Below are positions 51,313-64,000 of a DNA stretch of 64,000 nucleotides, one piece after another. The notes under the pieces were generated by a model. The model was not told where the DNA came from, ran no database searches, and saw only the letters and a list, made by a program, of their open reading frames with translations. Within the stretch, counting starts at the first letter, position 1. Each line of letters opens with the position of its first letter. Source of the DNA: Eledone cirrhosa (Eukaryota); the NCBI GenBank assembly GCA_964016885.1, contig OZ024759.1:16430001-16494000 (forward strand), given 5' to 3'. A program made the position numbers and the translations under genes.

Positions 51313-54300
51313 ATCAGTCACCACTGACTCTGTTCTTCTCGCTCAGTCTCTTTCATCCTTCCTTAACACATGATCTAACCATCTCACTCCATTTCCCTTC
51401 ACATCAGTCACCACTGACTCTGTTCTTCTTGCTCAGTCACTTTCATCCTTCCTTAACACATGATCTAACCATCTCATTCCATTTCCCTTCACATCAGTCA
51501 CCACTGACTCTGTTCTTCTTGCTCAGTCTCTTTCATCCTTCCTTAACACATGATCTAACCATCTCACTCCATTTCTCTTCACATCAGTCACCACTGACTC
51601 TGTTCTTCTTGCTCAGTCACTTTCATCCTTCCTTAACACATGATCTAACCATCTCACTCCATTTCTCTTCACATCAGTCACCACTGACTCTGTTCTTCTT
51701 GCTCAGTCACTTTCATCCTTCCTTAACACATGATCTAACCATCTCATTCCATTTCCCTTCACATCAGTCACCACTGACTCTGTTCTTCTTGCTCAGTCAC
51801 TTTCATCCTTCCTTAACACATGATCTAACCATCTCATTCCATTTCCCTTCACATCAGTCACCACTGACTGACTCTGTTCTTCTCGCTCAGTCACTTTCAT
51901 CCTTCCTTAACACATGATCTAACCATCTCATTCCATTTCCCTTCATACAGTCTCCACTAACTCTATTCCTCCCACCTAGTCACTTTCATCCTTCCTTAAC
52001 ACATGATCTAACCATCTCATTCCATTTCCCTTCACATCAGTCACCACTGACTGACTCTGTTCTTCTCGCTCAGTCACTTTCATCCTTCCTTAACACATGA
52101 TCTAACCATCTCACTCCATTTCTCTTCATACAGTCTCCACTAACTCTATTCCTCCCACCTAGTCACTTTCATCCTTCCTTAACACATGATCTAACCATCT
52201 CATTCCATTTCTCTTCACATCAGTCACCACTGACTCTGTTCTTCTTGCTCAGTCTCTTTCATCCTTCCTTAACACATGATCTAACCATCTCATTCCATTT
52301 CCCTTCACATCAGTCACCACTGACTCTGTTCTTCTTGCTCAGTCACTTTCATCCTTCCTCAACACATGATCTAACCATCTCATTCCATTTCTCTTCACAT
52401 CAGTCACCACTGACTCTGTTCTTCTTGCTCAGTCACTTTCATCCTTGCTTAACACATGATCTAACCATCTCATTCCATTTCCCTTCACATCAGTCACCAC
52501 TGACTCTGTTCTTCTTGCTCAGTCACTTTCATCCTTCCTTAACACATGATCTAACCATCTCATTCCATTTCCCTTCACATCAGTCACCACTGACTCTGTT
52601 CTTCTTGCTCAGTCACTTTCATCCTTCCTTAACACATGATCTAACCATCTCATTCCATTTCTCTTCACATCAGTCACCACTGACTCTGTTCTTCTTGCTC
52701 AGTCACTTTCATCCTTCCTCAACACATGACCCAACCATCTCATTCCATTTCCCTTCACATCAGTCACCACTGACTCTGTTCTTCTTGCTCAGTCACTTTC
52801 ATCCTTCCTTAACACATGATCTAACCATCTCATTCCATTTCCCTTCACATCAGTCACCACTGACTCTGTTCTTCTTGCTCAGTCACTTTCATCCTTCCTT
52901 AACACATGATCTAACCATCTCATTCCATTTCCCTTCACATCAGTCACCACTGACTCTGTTCTTCTTGCTCAGTCACTTTCATCCTTCCTTAACACATGAT
53001 CTAACCATCTCATTCCATTTCTCTTCACATCAGTCACCACTGACTCTGTTCTTCTTGCTCAGTCACTTTCATCCTTCCTCAACACATGACCCAACCATCT
53101 CATTCCATTTCCCTTCACATCAGTCACCACTGACTCTGTTCTTCTTGCTCAGTCACTTTCATCCTTCCTTAACACATGATCTAACCATCTCATTCCATTT
53201 CCCTTCACATCAGTCACCACTGACTCTGTTCTTCTTGCTCAGTCACTTTCATCCTTCCTTAACACATGATCTAACCATCTCATTCCATTTCCCTTCACAT
53301 CAGTCACCACTGACTCTGTTCTTCTTGCTCAGTCACTTTCATCCTTCCTTAACACATGATCTAACCATCTCATTCCATTTCCCTTCACATCAGTCACCAC
53401 TGACTCTGTTCTTCTTGCTCAGTCACTTTCATCCTTCCTTAACACATGATCTAACCATCTCATTCCATTTCCCTTCACATCAGTCACCACTGACTCTGTT
53501 CTTCTTGCTCAGTCACTTTCATCCTTCCTTAACACATGATCTAACCATCTCATTCCATTTCCCTTCACATCAGTCACCACTGACTCTGTTCTTCTTGCTC
53601 AGTCACTTTCATCCTTCCTTAACACATGATCTAACCATCTCATTCCATTTCCCTTCACATCAGTCACCACTGACTCTGTTCTTCTTGCTCAGTCACTTTC
53701 ATCCTTCCTTAACACATGATCTAACCATCTCATTCCATTTCCCTTCACATCAGTCACCACTGACTCTGTTCTTCTTGCTCAGTCACTTTCATCCTTCCTT
53801 AACACATGATCTAACCATCTCATTCCATTTCCCTTCACATCAGTCACCACTGACTCTGTTCTTCTTGCTCAGTCACTTTCATCCTTCCTTAACACATGAT
53901 CTAACCATCTCATTCCATTTCCCTTCACATCAGTCACCACTGACTCTGTTCTTCTTGCTCAGTCACTTTCATCCTTCCTTAACACATGATCTAACCATCT
54001 CATTCCATTTCTCTTCACATCAGTCACCACTGACTCTGTTCTTCTTGCTCAGTCACTTTCATCCTTCCTTAACACATGATCTAACCATCTCATTCCATTT
54101 CCCTTCACATCAGTCACCACTGACTCTGTTCTTCTTGCTCAGTCACTTTCATCCTTCCTTAACACATGATCTAACCATCTCATTCCATTTCCCTTCACAT
54201 CAGTCACCACTGACTCTGTTCTTCTTGCTCAGTCACTTTCATCCTTCCTTAACACATGATCTAACCATCTCATTCCATTTCCCTTCACATCAGTCACCAC

Positions 54301-55612
54301 TGACTGACTCTGTTCTTCTTGCTCAGTCACTTTCATCCTTCCTTAACACATGATCTAACCATCTCATTCCATTTCCCTTCACATCAGTCACCACTGACTC
54401 TGTTCTTCTTGCTCAGTCTCTTTCATCCTTCCTCAACACATGACCCAACCATCTCATTCCATTTCCCTTCACATCAGTCACCACTGACTCTGTTCTTCTT
54501 GCTCAGTCACTTTCATCCTTCCTTAACACATGATCTAACCATCTCATTCCATTTCCCTTCACATCAGTCACCACTGACTCTGTTCTTCTTGCTCAGTCAC
54601 TTTCATCCTTCCTTAACACATGATCTAACCATCTCATTCCATTTCCCTTCACATCAGTCACCACTGACTCTGTTCTTCTTGCTCAGTCACTTTCATCCTT
54701 CCTTAACACATGATCTAACCATCTCACTCCATTTCTCTTCATACAGTCTCCACTAACTCTATTCCTCCCACCTAGTCACTTTCATCCTTCCTCAACACAT
54801 GACCCAACCATCTCATTCTATTTCTCTTCACAACAGTCTATTCTTAACACCCATTCACTTTCATCCTTTCTCAACACATGACCTAACCATCTTGTTCTAT
54901 TTCTTTTCCCAACATACATCACTAGCTCTATTCCTCTCACCCAGTCACTTTCATCCTTCCTCAACACATGACCTAACCATCTCGTTCTATTTCTTTTCAC
55001 AACATACATCACTAGCTCTATTCCTCTCACCCAGTCACTTTCATCCTTCCTCAACACATGACCTAACCATCTCGTTCTATTTCTTTTCACAACATACATC
55101 ACTAGCTCTATTCCTCTCACCCATTCACTTTCATCCTTTCTCAACACATGACCTAACCATCTTGTTCTATTTCTTTTCCCAACATACATCACTAGCTCTA
55201 TTCCTCTCACCCATTCACTTTCATCCTTTCTCAACACATGACCTAACCATCTTGTTCTATTTCTTTTCCCAACATACATCACTAGCTCTATTCCTCTCAC
55301 CCAGTCACTTTCATCCTTCCTCAACACATGACCTAACCATCTCGTTCTATTTCTTTTCACAACATACATCACTAGCTCTATTCCTCTCACCCAGTCACTT
55401 TCATCCTTCCTCAACACATGACCTAACCATCTCGTTCTATTTCTTTTCACAACATACATCACTAGCTCTATTCCTCTCACCCAGTCACTTTCATCCTTCC
55501 TCAACACATGACCTAACCATCTCGTTCTATTTCTTTTCCCAACATACATCACTAGCTCTATTCCTCTCACCCGGTCACTTTCATCCTTCCTCAACACATG
55601 ACCTAACCATCT
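51313..55612. repeat. 90-bp satellite, ~48 units in two subfamilies, derived from antisense RTE C-terminal coding sequence
   Basis: Exact 90-bp period. The minus-strand translation of the distal subfamily repeats RNRTRWLGHVLRKDESDWVRG. Confidence 0.93.
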
Positions 55613-55743
55613 AATGTCATTTTTCTTCTCTTTGCCTTATATTACTTGTAAATATAAATTACATGAAAATAAATTCTTAAATAATATTACACAAATTACT
55701 ATATGACTAAATTTTATCTCTCATTCATTTAACCAAATTTCAG

Positions 55744-55812
55744 AAAGCCTTTTACAGCTAAGAGATGCCGGAAAAAACATGGTATATGTTGACCCTTGTG
55801 ATGACCCTATGG
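55744..55812 (+). CDS. LAP3: LAP3 exon 4 (SLLQLRDAGKNMVYVDPCDDPM)
   Basis: AG/GT boundaries, phase 1/1, VDPC motif. Follows an 11.5-kb intron containing the LINE and satellite. Confidence 0.9.
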
Positions 55813-56701
55813 GTAAGTGAGTGATTTCTTTTGTTTGAACCATTTTGTAAGCCAACCATCTGGAATCACCACTGATTCTATGATACAAAACTGTTTCTGT
55901 TAAAGTATTTATATTTATCTAAACTTCCATCATAATTTTATGTAAGAACAGCTTACGAATGAGAAAATAAGTTATATTACTAAATCCCTCCAATTTTTAA
56001 AATTATTTTCAAATTTATTTGAAAGCAATAGGCCCTAATTTACATTAAAAATATAGTAATGAAAGGGTTAAAGTATTTATATTTATCTAAAAACCTTTCA
56101 TTATAATTTTATGTAGGAAGGCGGTGAATTGGCAGTATCAGTAGAGGGTTGGACGCCATGCTTTCTAGCATAGTTACGTCCCTTTACGGTTTGAGTTCAA
56201 ATCCCGTCGAGGTTAACTTTGCCTTTCATCCTTACGGGGTCGATAAAATAAAGTACCAGAAATGTACTGGGTAATTGCTGGCCTTGTGCCAAAAGTAGAA
56301 ACAATTATAATTTTATGTAAAAACTTTTGTTAAGTTATGAGATCCAAAACACCAGCTTAAATCCCTCTAAATTCTTGATTATTTTCAAAATCATTTGAAA
56401 ATCACAGACAGCATCTTTCTTTAGAAATATGATAACAAAATTATTAAAGTATTTATATTTATCTAAAAACTTTCCATTATAATTTTATGCAAGAACCTTT
56501 CTTAAGTTATGTTTCAAACACTAGCTTAATAATGAGAAAGTTATATTATTTAATCCTTCTAAATTCTTGATTATTTTAAAAATTATTGAAAATATTAAAC
56601 AATGTCTTTCATCAAAAATATTATAATAATGAAAGGATTAAAGTCTTTATATTTATCTATAAACCATTCATTATAATTTTATGCAAGAACCTTTGTTAAG
56701 T

Positions 56702-57000
56702 TATGAGGGTCAGCTGAAAATTTAATGGAATGACCAAATGAGGTTCATTTTTCAGCATAGTCCCAGGAGCTCAGTTGAGCTGACATCATCCTCAGTAGTC
56801 ACACCACACATCCATAATTGAAACCTAAAATATTACAAATTTATCCAAATTTATATAATTATATATATAATAATTTCATGTGATCACTAAATAAAATCTT
56901 CTAAATATTTTTGCTATGAGGGTCAGCTGAAAAGTTCATAGGCTGATCAAGATACTCTCATGGAATGACCAAATGAGGTTTATTTTCTAACATAGTTACT
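56702..57000 (+). mobile_element. Two mariner-like terminal fragments
   Basis: TATGAGGGTCAGCTGAAAA at 56702 and 56916 resembles mariner TIR ends. No transposase. Confidence 0.4.
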
Positions 57001-57112
57001 GGAAAGAAACAATATTCTAAGTACCAGCTTAATAACAAGAAAGTTAGTTATATTAACTAAATCTCTACAATTTCTTGATACTCTGCACTATTTCTTGTTG
57101 CCAACTTTGCAG

Positions 57113-57230
57113 CTGCAGCTGAAGGTGCAGCTCTCTCCTTACATTGTTATGATGAACTGAAACCTAAAGAGAAACAAAAGTCCAAGGTGGACTTAGCCTG
57201 CTACACTGATCATCTGGAAGCATCTGAAGG
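57113..57230 (+). CDS. LAP3: LAP3 exon 5 (AAEGAALSLHCYDELK)
   Basis: AG/GT boundaries, AAEGA.L...YD.LK motif. Confidence 0.93.
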
Positions 57231-58129
57231 GTGAGGTACTTTAAAGTTTATTATACTTAAGACCCGCTTTCCCAAGAGCGCAGGCTGAAGCATACATCTA
57301 GTATGCACCACCTTCCTAACACCCCCACCCATGTCCTAACACTCCATTCCTCACACACCCCTACACCCCCCCCACCAAAATCCCCAGTCTCTCTGTAAAA
57401 GAGAGAGAGAGAGAGAGAGAGAGAAAATTAGAGAAGGGAAGTAAAAAAGAAATAGAGAAGAAGAATCTGCCCCAGTATTAAACTGGTACTTTTTTTTATC
57501 TATGATGATTATCATCATTATCATCATTTAACATCCATTCTCCATGCTAGCATGAGTTATACGGGTTTGTCCTATTAGAGGCAAGTTGGGTTGGGTGACT
57601 GTGTCTCGCTCATATGGGACTGTTTCTGGCTGGTTTTCTACAGCTGGATGCCCTTCCTAATGCCAACCACATTTACAGTGTGCGCTGGGTGCTTTTTGCT
57701 GTGTCTCCTACACAATCACTTTACTGTGTCGGCTGGGTGCTTTTTGTCATGACACCTACATGACCACTTTACAGTGTGGGCTGGTTTTTAACCTTTTCAT
57801 TATTATATTTCTGTTAAAATACACTGTATTGGAATCAATCAATGAAGAATTTGGAAGGATTTTTTTTAATTATTTCACTTATTAAGATGGTATTTGTAAC
57901 ATATCAAAAAGGTTTTTATATAAAATTATCATCATTCACTTTTTAATGTCTGTTTTTCATGCTTCGATGGGTTTGATGGTCTGTCATGTACAATGGCTAA
58001 ATTGGTCAGGTAGCCATGTCTTGCTCATACGTTCCACTTTTGGCTTCGTTTTCTATGGCCAGATGCCCTTCCTAATTCCAACCACTTAACAGCATGTACT
58101 GAATGCTTTTTCTTGTGACACCAGCACTG

Positions 58130-58670
58130 CCACCTTACTTGATGTTTTTTGTTATGACACCAGTACAACCACCTTACAGGATGGATTGGGTGCTTTTTTG
58201 TTATAGCACCAGCACAACTGCTTTACAGAGTGGATTGGGTGCTTTTTGTTAAGGCACCAGCATGACTGCTTTACAGAGTGGATTGGGTGCTTTTTGTTAA
58301 GGCACCAGCATGACCACCTTACAGGATGGATTGGGTGCTTTTTTGTTATAGCAGCAGCATGACTGTTTTACAGAGTGAACTGGATGCTTTTTTGTTGTAG
58401 CACCAGCACAACTGCTTTACAGAGTGGATTGGGTGCTTTTTGTTATGGCACCAGCATGACCACCTTACAGGATGGATTGGGTGCTTTTTGTCATGGCACC
58501 CGTACAACCACCTTACAGGATGGACAGGGTGCTTTTTTTGTTGTAGCACCAGCACGACTGCTTTACAGCGTGAACTAGGTGCTTTTTTTGTTTTAGCACA
58601 AGTGCAACCTCCTTACAGAGTGGACTGGATGCTTTTTTTGTTATAGCACCATCACAACCTCTTTACATAT
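58130..58670. repeat. ~50-bp degenerate minisatellite from a SINE/RTE tail segment (similar arrays at 11750-12060, 15740-15930, 43560-43980)
   Basis: Repeated CACCAGCA..ACC/GCTTTACAG.GTGGATTGGGTGCTTTTT. Confidence 0.8.
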
Positions 58671-58848
58671 TTGAAGATTTTAATTTAAATAGGCTCCTTC
58701 TAAATAGATGGTTTTGTCCCATAGAAGCAGAGCTGGTTTTGGAGTGGGTTGGTATTGAAAGGGTAAATCTGATAATCCTGTCATTCCAAAGAACGAAAAT
58801 GAAATTTGTAATCCATTTCTTCTCCTACACGTTTTTTTTTACTTTCAG

Positions 58849-59007
58849 AACTTACTCCAAAGAACAATGGCACTTAGGTGAGGTCTATGCTGATGGTCAA
58901 AACTTTGCAAGATTACTCACAGAAATGCCAGCTAATTTACTAACACCTACAAAATTTTCAGAAAAAGTTGTTGATAAACTTTCAAATTTCTGTCAGATTG
59001 TAGTCAG
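58849..59007 (+). CDS. LAP3: LAP3 exon 6 (GQNFARLLTEMPANLLTPTKF)
   Basis: AG/GT boundaries, QN.AR.L.E.PAN..TP motif. Confidence 0.95.
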
Positions 59008-59189
59008 GTAAATGATTTTCTAGTGCATTTTATGTGCATGCGCATCTCTGTCCATGTGTGTGCATGCATATGTGTGTATGTGCGCCTCAGTCCATGTGTA
59101 TATGTGTGTGCATGCATGTGTGTATGTGTATGTGTATGTTTGTCTCTGTCCGTGTGTATAGGAAAAGTCAATATAAAATCAATGTTGAT

Positions 59190-59238
<49 letters not shown>

Positions 59239-59356
59239 TAAAAATCTTACTGTGGCACCAAGCTGGTGGGATTTTACCTGTCTTTATACTCACTCTGCAT
59301 CTCCCCATGCATTGAGTACTCTCATGATTAGTGGTCTCCTCAGTCTCAGCACTGCA

Positions 59357-59429
<73 letters not shown>

Positions 59430-59757
59430 GATGGAGGCACACGGCTTAGTGGTTAGAACATTGGCCTTGCAATCGAAAGATTGTGAGTTCAATTCTCAGA
59501 CCGGGTGATGTGTTGTTTCCTTGAGCAAGACACTTTATTTCACATTGCTCCAGTTTACTCAGCTGTAGAAATGAGATGATAGGGACTGGGGTCCCTATCA
59601 TTCCACTACAAAGTGGTCGTGGAGGTGCCACGGCAAAAAAGCACCCAGCACTCACTGTAAATGAGGTTGGTGTTAGAAATCAAGCCAGAATCAGTTCCCG
59701 TCCCACCCTTGCAAGCAGGGTAAAGCTGACGTGAAATGAATGAATGAATGAATATAA

Positions 59758-59791
<34 letters not shown>

Positions 59792-59906
59792 GCTAGCGTG
59801 GAAGATAGATGTTAAACAATGATGATGATATATATATATATATGTTTGTGTGTGTTTGTGTGTGTACATACACACATGCACATGATGCATATACACAAAC
59901 AATATA

Positions 59907-60229
59907 CAGTTGTCCCTTGGTATTCGCGGGGGGTTACATTCCTAAAGTACCCGCCAAGAGTGAAAAACGGTGAATATTGGACATGGTCCATAAAAATACC
60001 TATAAACGTCAAAACATAATGTAAAATATTGGCAAATACGATATATTGTTATTAATAATTTAGCGTTAAAAGTGTTAAAAAATATATATTGCCACGAAAA
60101 AAGCCATAAAAAAATTGCAGAAAATATTTACAATTCCATGAATATGCAATGGTTTCCACGAACAATTATTAGTTAGGTTCTAAGGAAAATTGCACGAATA
60201 ACTGGGACCACGCATGCCAAGGGCACACT
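59907..60229. mobile_element. Tigger-like MITE
   Basis: TA-CAGTTGTCCCTTGGTATTCGCGG ... CCACGCATGCCAAGGGCACACTA-TA imperfect TIRs. Confidence 0.65.
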
Positions 60230-60378
60230 ATATATACACACACATGTACATTTTGTGCATATATGTGCATGTTTACGCTTCTTTTTCTTAGCCTCCTCCA
60301 TTGCACCTAAAAACAACTCTGTGGTCTTTGTTTAAGCCTGTTAATATTTTGTTATCTTGTTTTATCATTTGTCTGCAG

Positions 60379-60537
60379 AGACCAGGCTTGGGCAGAAGAC
60401 CAGAAAATGGGGGCATTTCTTTCTGTGAGCCAAGGTTCAGCTGAGCCACCCAAGTTTCTAGAGATCACCTATAACAACAGTCCAGATAAATCCACTTCCC
60501 CTATAGTATTGGTCGGTAAAGGGGTCACCTTTGACAC
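60379..60537 (+). CDS. LAP3: LAP3 exon 7 (MGAFLSVSQGS...LVGKGVTFD)
   Basis: AG/GT boundaries, VGKG.TFD metal-ligand motif. Confidence 0.96.
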
Positions 60538-60725
60538 GTAAGTCTCATTGGTTTTACAGTTTGTCCTGTTATCTATATACAAATTTCTGTGATTCTGTCA
60601 CAACACGCAAAGAGAGAGGGGGAGTAGTTTGACTACCTCATACTACTGCTCTCTCTTTACATCTGCTGCCTGCGTGAATGTATGTGTGTGTAAAAGGATA
60701 TAGTTGTTTGTTTTTATAATTTTAG

Positions 60726-60850
60726 TGGTGGCATTTCATTAAAGCCTGCCAATAACATGGACAAGATGAGAGGTGATATGGGTGGAGCAGCATGTGTTGT
60801 TGGAACTATATTAGGAGTATGTAAGCTGGGATTACCACTCCATGTGAAAG
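60726..60850 (+). CDS. LAP3: LAP3 exon 8 (GGISLKP...MRGDMGGAA)
   Basis: AG/GT boundaries, catalytic Lys and DMGGAA motif. Confidence 0.96.
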
Positions 60851-61954
60851 GTAAGCAAAGGTATAGTCTTTCCATAAATTTTCATGATTCGGTTAAATTG
60901 ATTTTTAACACTTTTGATACCAAACTGTCCCTGGTTCTACAATACAAACCTGTTTTGTTTTTTTAAGTGAGCCAGACACTTTATTTCACATTGCTCCAGT
61001 TCATTTCTCTGTCGAAATGAGTGGTGACATCATTGGTGCCAAATTGTATTGACCTTTGCCTTTCCCTTGAACATCATGAATAATACAGAGGACCACAAAA
61101 ACAGTCCGAGCTTGATTATTGCATCGATGTTTGCCAAGCAACAAAAGGGGCACACATTGAGTGTATATGATATCAACCAACACCACATGAAACTTTGTTA
61201 GATTATGCAACTGTAGCAACCAATATTGTAAGAATATTCCTTTAAGTTTTCATATTATATGTATTTGAAATCAAGGAGTTTTTAGCCTGTATATATCTAA
61301 TAACCAATTGGCTTCATACAACTTTCACCTGCTTGCCTTATACTCTCATTTTCACATCTGTATTTCTAACTTGCATTGTACCAGCTTTGCCAAAACTATC
61401 ATATTTCACAAGGCATGGGGCTACCTTTTTCGAGCAGTGGGTCACATAGGATATGGCTCATAATACGGCAGGCTGCACTGCTAAAGAATTCAAGGCAATT
61501 TTGAAATTGGGCGCACCATTCAGAAACCCAAACAGGTCGCAGTTTGCTCACGATGATGATGATGATAAACTATGCATGCATGGTTTCGTATCTCTTGATG
61601 GAGTTGTAGTGGCACTGTAGTGACATACAGCATTTCTTGGGCATTTTAAACCTAGCGGAGCCCATCCTTCTCCAAGTCTGAACACAGCAGATTTCTTCCA
61701 GAGAAAGATAGAAAGTGAGAAAGAGATACAGAGGAAGAATCGACCCCAGTACTAGACTGGTACTTTTCTTATCAACCTTGAAAGGATGAAAGACAAGGTT
61801 GACTTCAGCAGGATTTGAACTCAGAAAGCGGAGAGCTGGAATGAATACTGCAAAGCATTATAGCCAATGTTCTAACGACTCTGCCATTTGCCACCTTGAT
61901 GATAAACTAGACTGCTTTGTAAATATTTATTCACATTTATTTATTTGTTCTCAG

Positions 61955-62043
61955 CTTTAATTCCATTGTGTGAAAACATGCCAGGTGGCAGAGCTATTAA
62001 GCCAGGAGATGTAGTTACAGCTATGAATGGTACAACTATCCAG
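61955..62043 (+). CDS. LAP3: LAP3 exon 9 ([18 protein letters not shown])
   Basis: AG/GT boundaries, ENMP...KPGD motif. Confidence 0.96.
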
Positions 62044-62397
62044 GTAAGTTAATCTCTTCTGTTAAATTTCTAGAAAAAATGTTGTACAGAAAATGTTGTA
62101 CAGGGTTGCTGAAACATGGAACAAACTACCTGCATCAGTTGTTAGCTGCCAAGACACTGCATCCTTTAAAACCTCCATGCTTCCTGAAATTCGCCAACAC
62201 TAAACCTGATATTCCCCCTCCATACACACACAAACATGTATATCATGACTCATACACTGTTCATTTTCCTGACATTTGTACATTTGTACATTCTATGTAC
62301 TATACATGCACCTTTGATGAGTTGTAGTGCACCTGAGTACTGTACGCAATAATTTTGTGATTATCATTTTTTTATATAGTGTACCTATTCTAAACTA

Positions 62398-62960
62398 GGC
62401 ACACGGCTTAGTGGTTAGAACATCGGGCTTACAATTGTGGGGTTGTGAGTTTGACTCTTGGACCAGGTGATCTGTTGTGTTCTTGAGCAAGACAATTTAT
62501 TTCACGTTGCTCCAGTTTACTCAACTGTAGAAATGAGTTGCAACGTCACTGGTGCCAAGCTATATCAGCCATTGTCTTTCCCTTGGACAACATACATAGT
62601 GTATATATATACTGTACAAGGTGTATATATAATAAATATAATGTATATATGAGTTGAGATGTCACTGGTGCCAAGCTGTATCAGCCATTGTCTTTCCCTT
62701 GGACAACATACATAGTGTATATATACTGTACAAGGTGTATATATAATATATATAATGTATATATGAGTTGAGATGTCACTGGTGCCAAGCTGTATCGGCC
62801 ATTGCCTTTCCCTTGGACAACATCGGTGGTGTGAAGAGGGGAGACTGGTATACATGGATGACTGCTGGTCTTCCACAAACAACCTTTCCCAGGCTTGTAC
62901 CTCGGAGGGGAACTTTCTAGATGCAAATCCCATGGTCTTTCGTGACCAAAGGCGGTCTTA
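62398..62960 (+). mobile_element. SINE family B variant with a different 3' half and an internal ~115-bp triplication (other copies 9710-10027-, 16140-16477-, 19408-19705+)
   Basis: Same head and central block, then GTCACTGGTGCCAAGCTGTA...CCTTGGACAACAT repeated three times. Confidence 0.75.
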
Positions 62961-63036
62961 AAAAATATATTCTAAACTAGATAAACAATGCCATATAATT
63001 TAAAAATTTAAAAAAATATCTTTCCCCATTGACTAG

Positions 63037-63192
<156 letters not shown>

Positions 63193-63269
63193 TGAAGCAT
63201 ACATCCTAGTAAGGATGCACCACTTAACACCCCCCCCCCCTTCTACCCATACACCTCCCACGCCCTAAC

Positions 63270-64000
63270 ACTTCAACCACGTTATAGCATCATAACACCC
63301 CACCCTTTACTCACGCTATAACATTATAACAGCCCACTCTTCACCCACATTATAACATTATAACACCCCACCCTTCACCCACGTTATAACATTATAACAC
63401 CCCACCCTTCACCCACGTTATAACATTATAACAGCCCACCCTTCACCTACGTTATAACATTATAACACCCCACCCTTCACCCACGTTATAACATTATAAC
63501 AGCCCACCCTTCACCTACGTTATAACATTATAACACCCCACCCTTCACCCACGTTATAACATTATAACACCCCACCCTTCACCCATGTTATAACATTATA
63601 ACAGCCCACCCTTCACCCACGTTATAACATTATAACACCCACCCTTGACCCATGTTATAACATTATAACACCCACCCTTCACCCACGTTATAACATTATA
63701 ACACCCCACCCTTCACCCATGTTATAACATTATAACAGCCCACCCTTCACTCACGTTATAGCATTATAACACCCCACCCTTCACCTACGTTATAACATCA
63801 TAACACCCCACCCTTCACCCACGTTATAACATCATAACAGCCCACCCTTCACCCACGTTATAACATTATAACAGCCCACCCTTCACTCACGTTATAGCAT
63901 TATAACACCCCACCCTTCACCTACGTTATAACATCATAACACCCCACCCTTCACCCACGTTATAACATCATAACACCCCACCCTTCACCCACGTTATAAC
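63270..64000. repeat. 32-33-bp minisatellite (CTTCACCCACGTTATAACATTATAACACCCCAC)
   Basis: Direct tandem units running to the window end. Confidence 0.93.

Larger units (their letters stand above)
45041..51313 (+). mobile_element. Full-length RTE-clade non-LTR retrotransposon in LAP3 intron 3
   Basis: Tandem 5' region, single ~1080-codon APE+RT ORF, ~500-bp 3' UTR, (GAT)n tail at 51290-51313 and an apparent long TSD. Confidence 0.93.

Noticed and set aside
52245-55614. 702-aa and other repetitive ORFs
   Set aside because: Artefacts of the 90-bp satellite.

Overview
Eukaryotic, AT-rich, repeat-dense animal DNA. The SINE/LINE repertoire suggests a coleoid cephalopod, probably an octopus (inference). 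Two spliced genes are divergently oriented. On the minus strand, an ABCC1/MRP1-like ABC transporter has 12 coding exons from ATG 26197 down to 606 and runs off the left edge. On the plus strand, LAP3 (M17 leucyl aminopeptidase) has 10 coding exons from a probable ATG at 40904 to 63139 and runs off the right edge. All exon joins are GT-AG and phase-consistent. LAP3 intron 3 holds an apparently intact RTE-clade LINE (APE + RT + PHD-like finger). It has a higher-order tandem 5' region and an apparent ~173-bp target-site duplication, and it sits in a 90-bp satellite that is itself derived from RTE coding sequence. The most unexpected signal is a set of small non-coding elements beside (TA)n tracts that carry type I hammerhead ribozyme motifs, most as fold-backs with the motif mirrored on both strands (24.3-24.6 kb, 31.7 kb, 34.3-34.6 kb, 35.3-35.5 kb). 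They resemble Penelope-like pLTRs or retrozymes. Also present are CRE-like, CR1, RTE and hAT fragments, pogo/piggyBac-type MITEs, two tRNA-SINE families and many mini/microsatellites. Most long ORFs in the ORF track are repeat artefacts. All calls were made by eye, without database searches or folding software.
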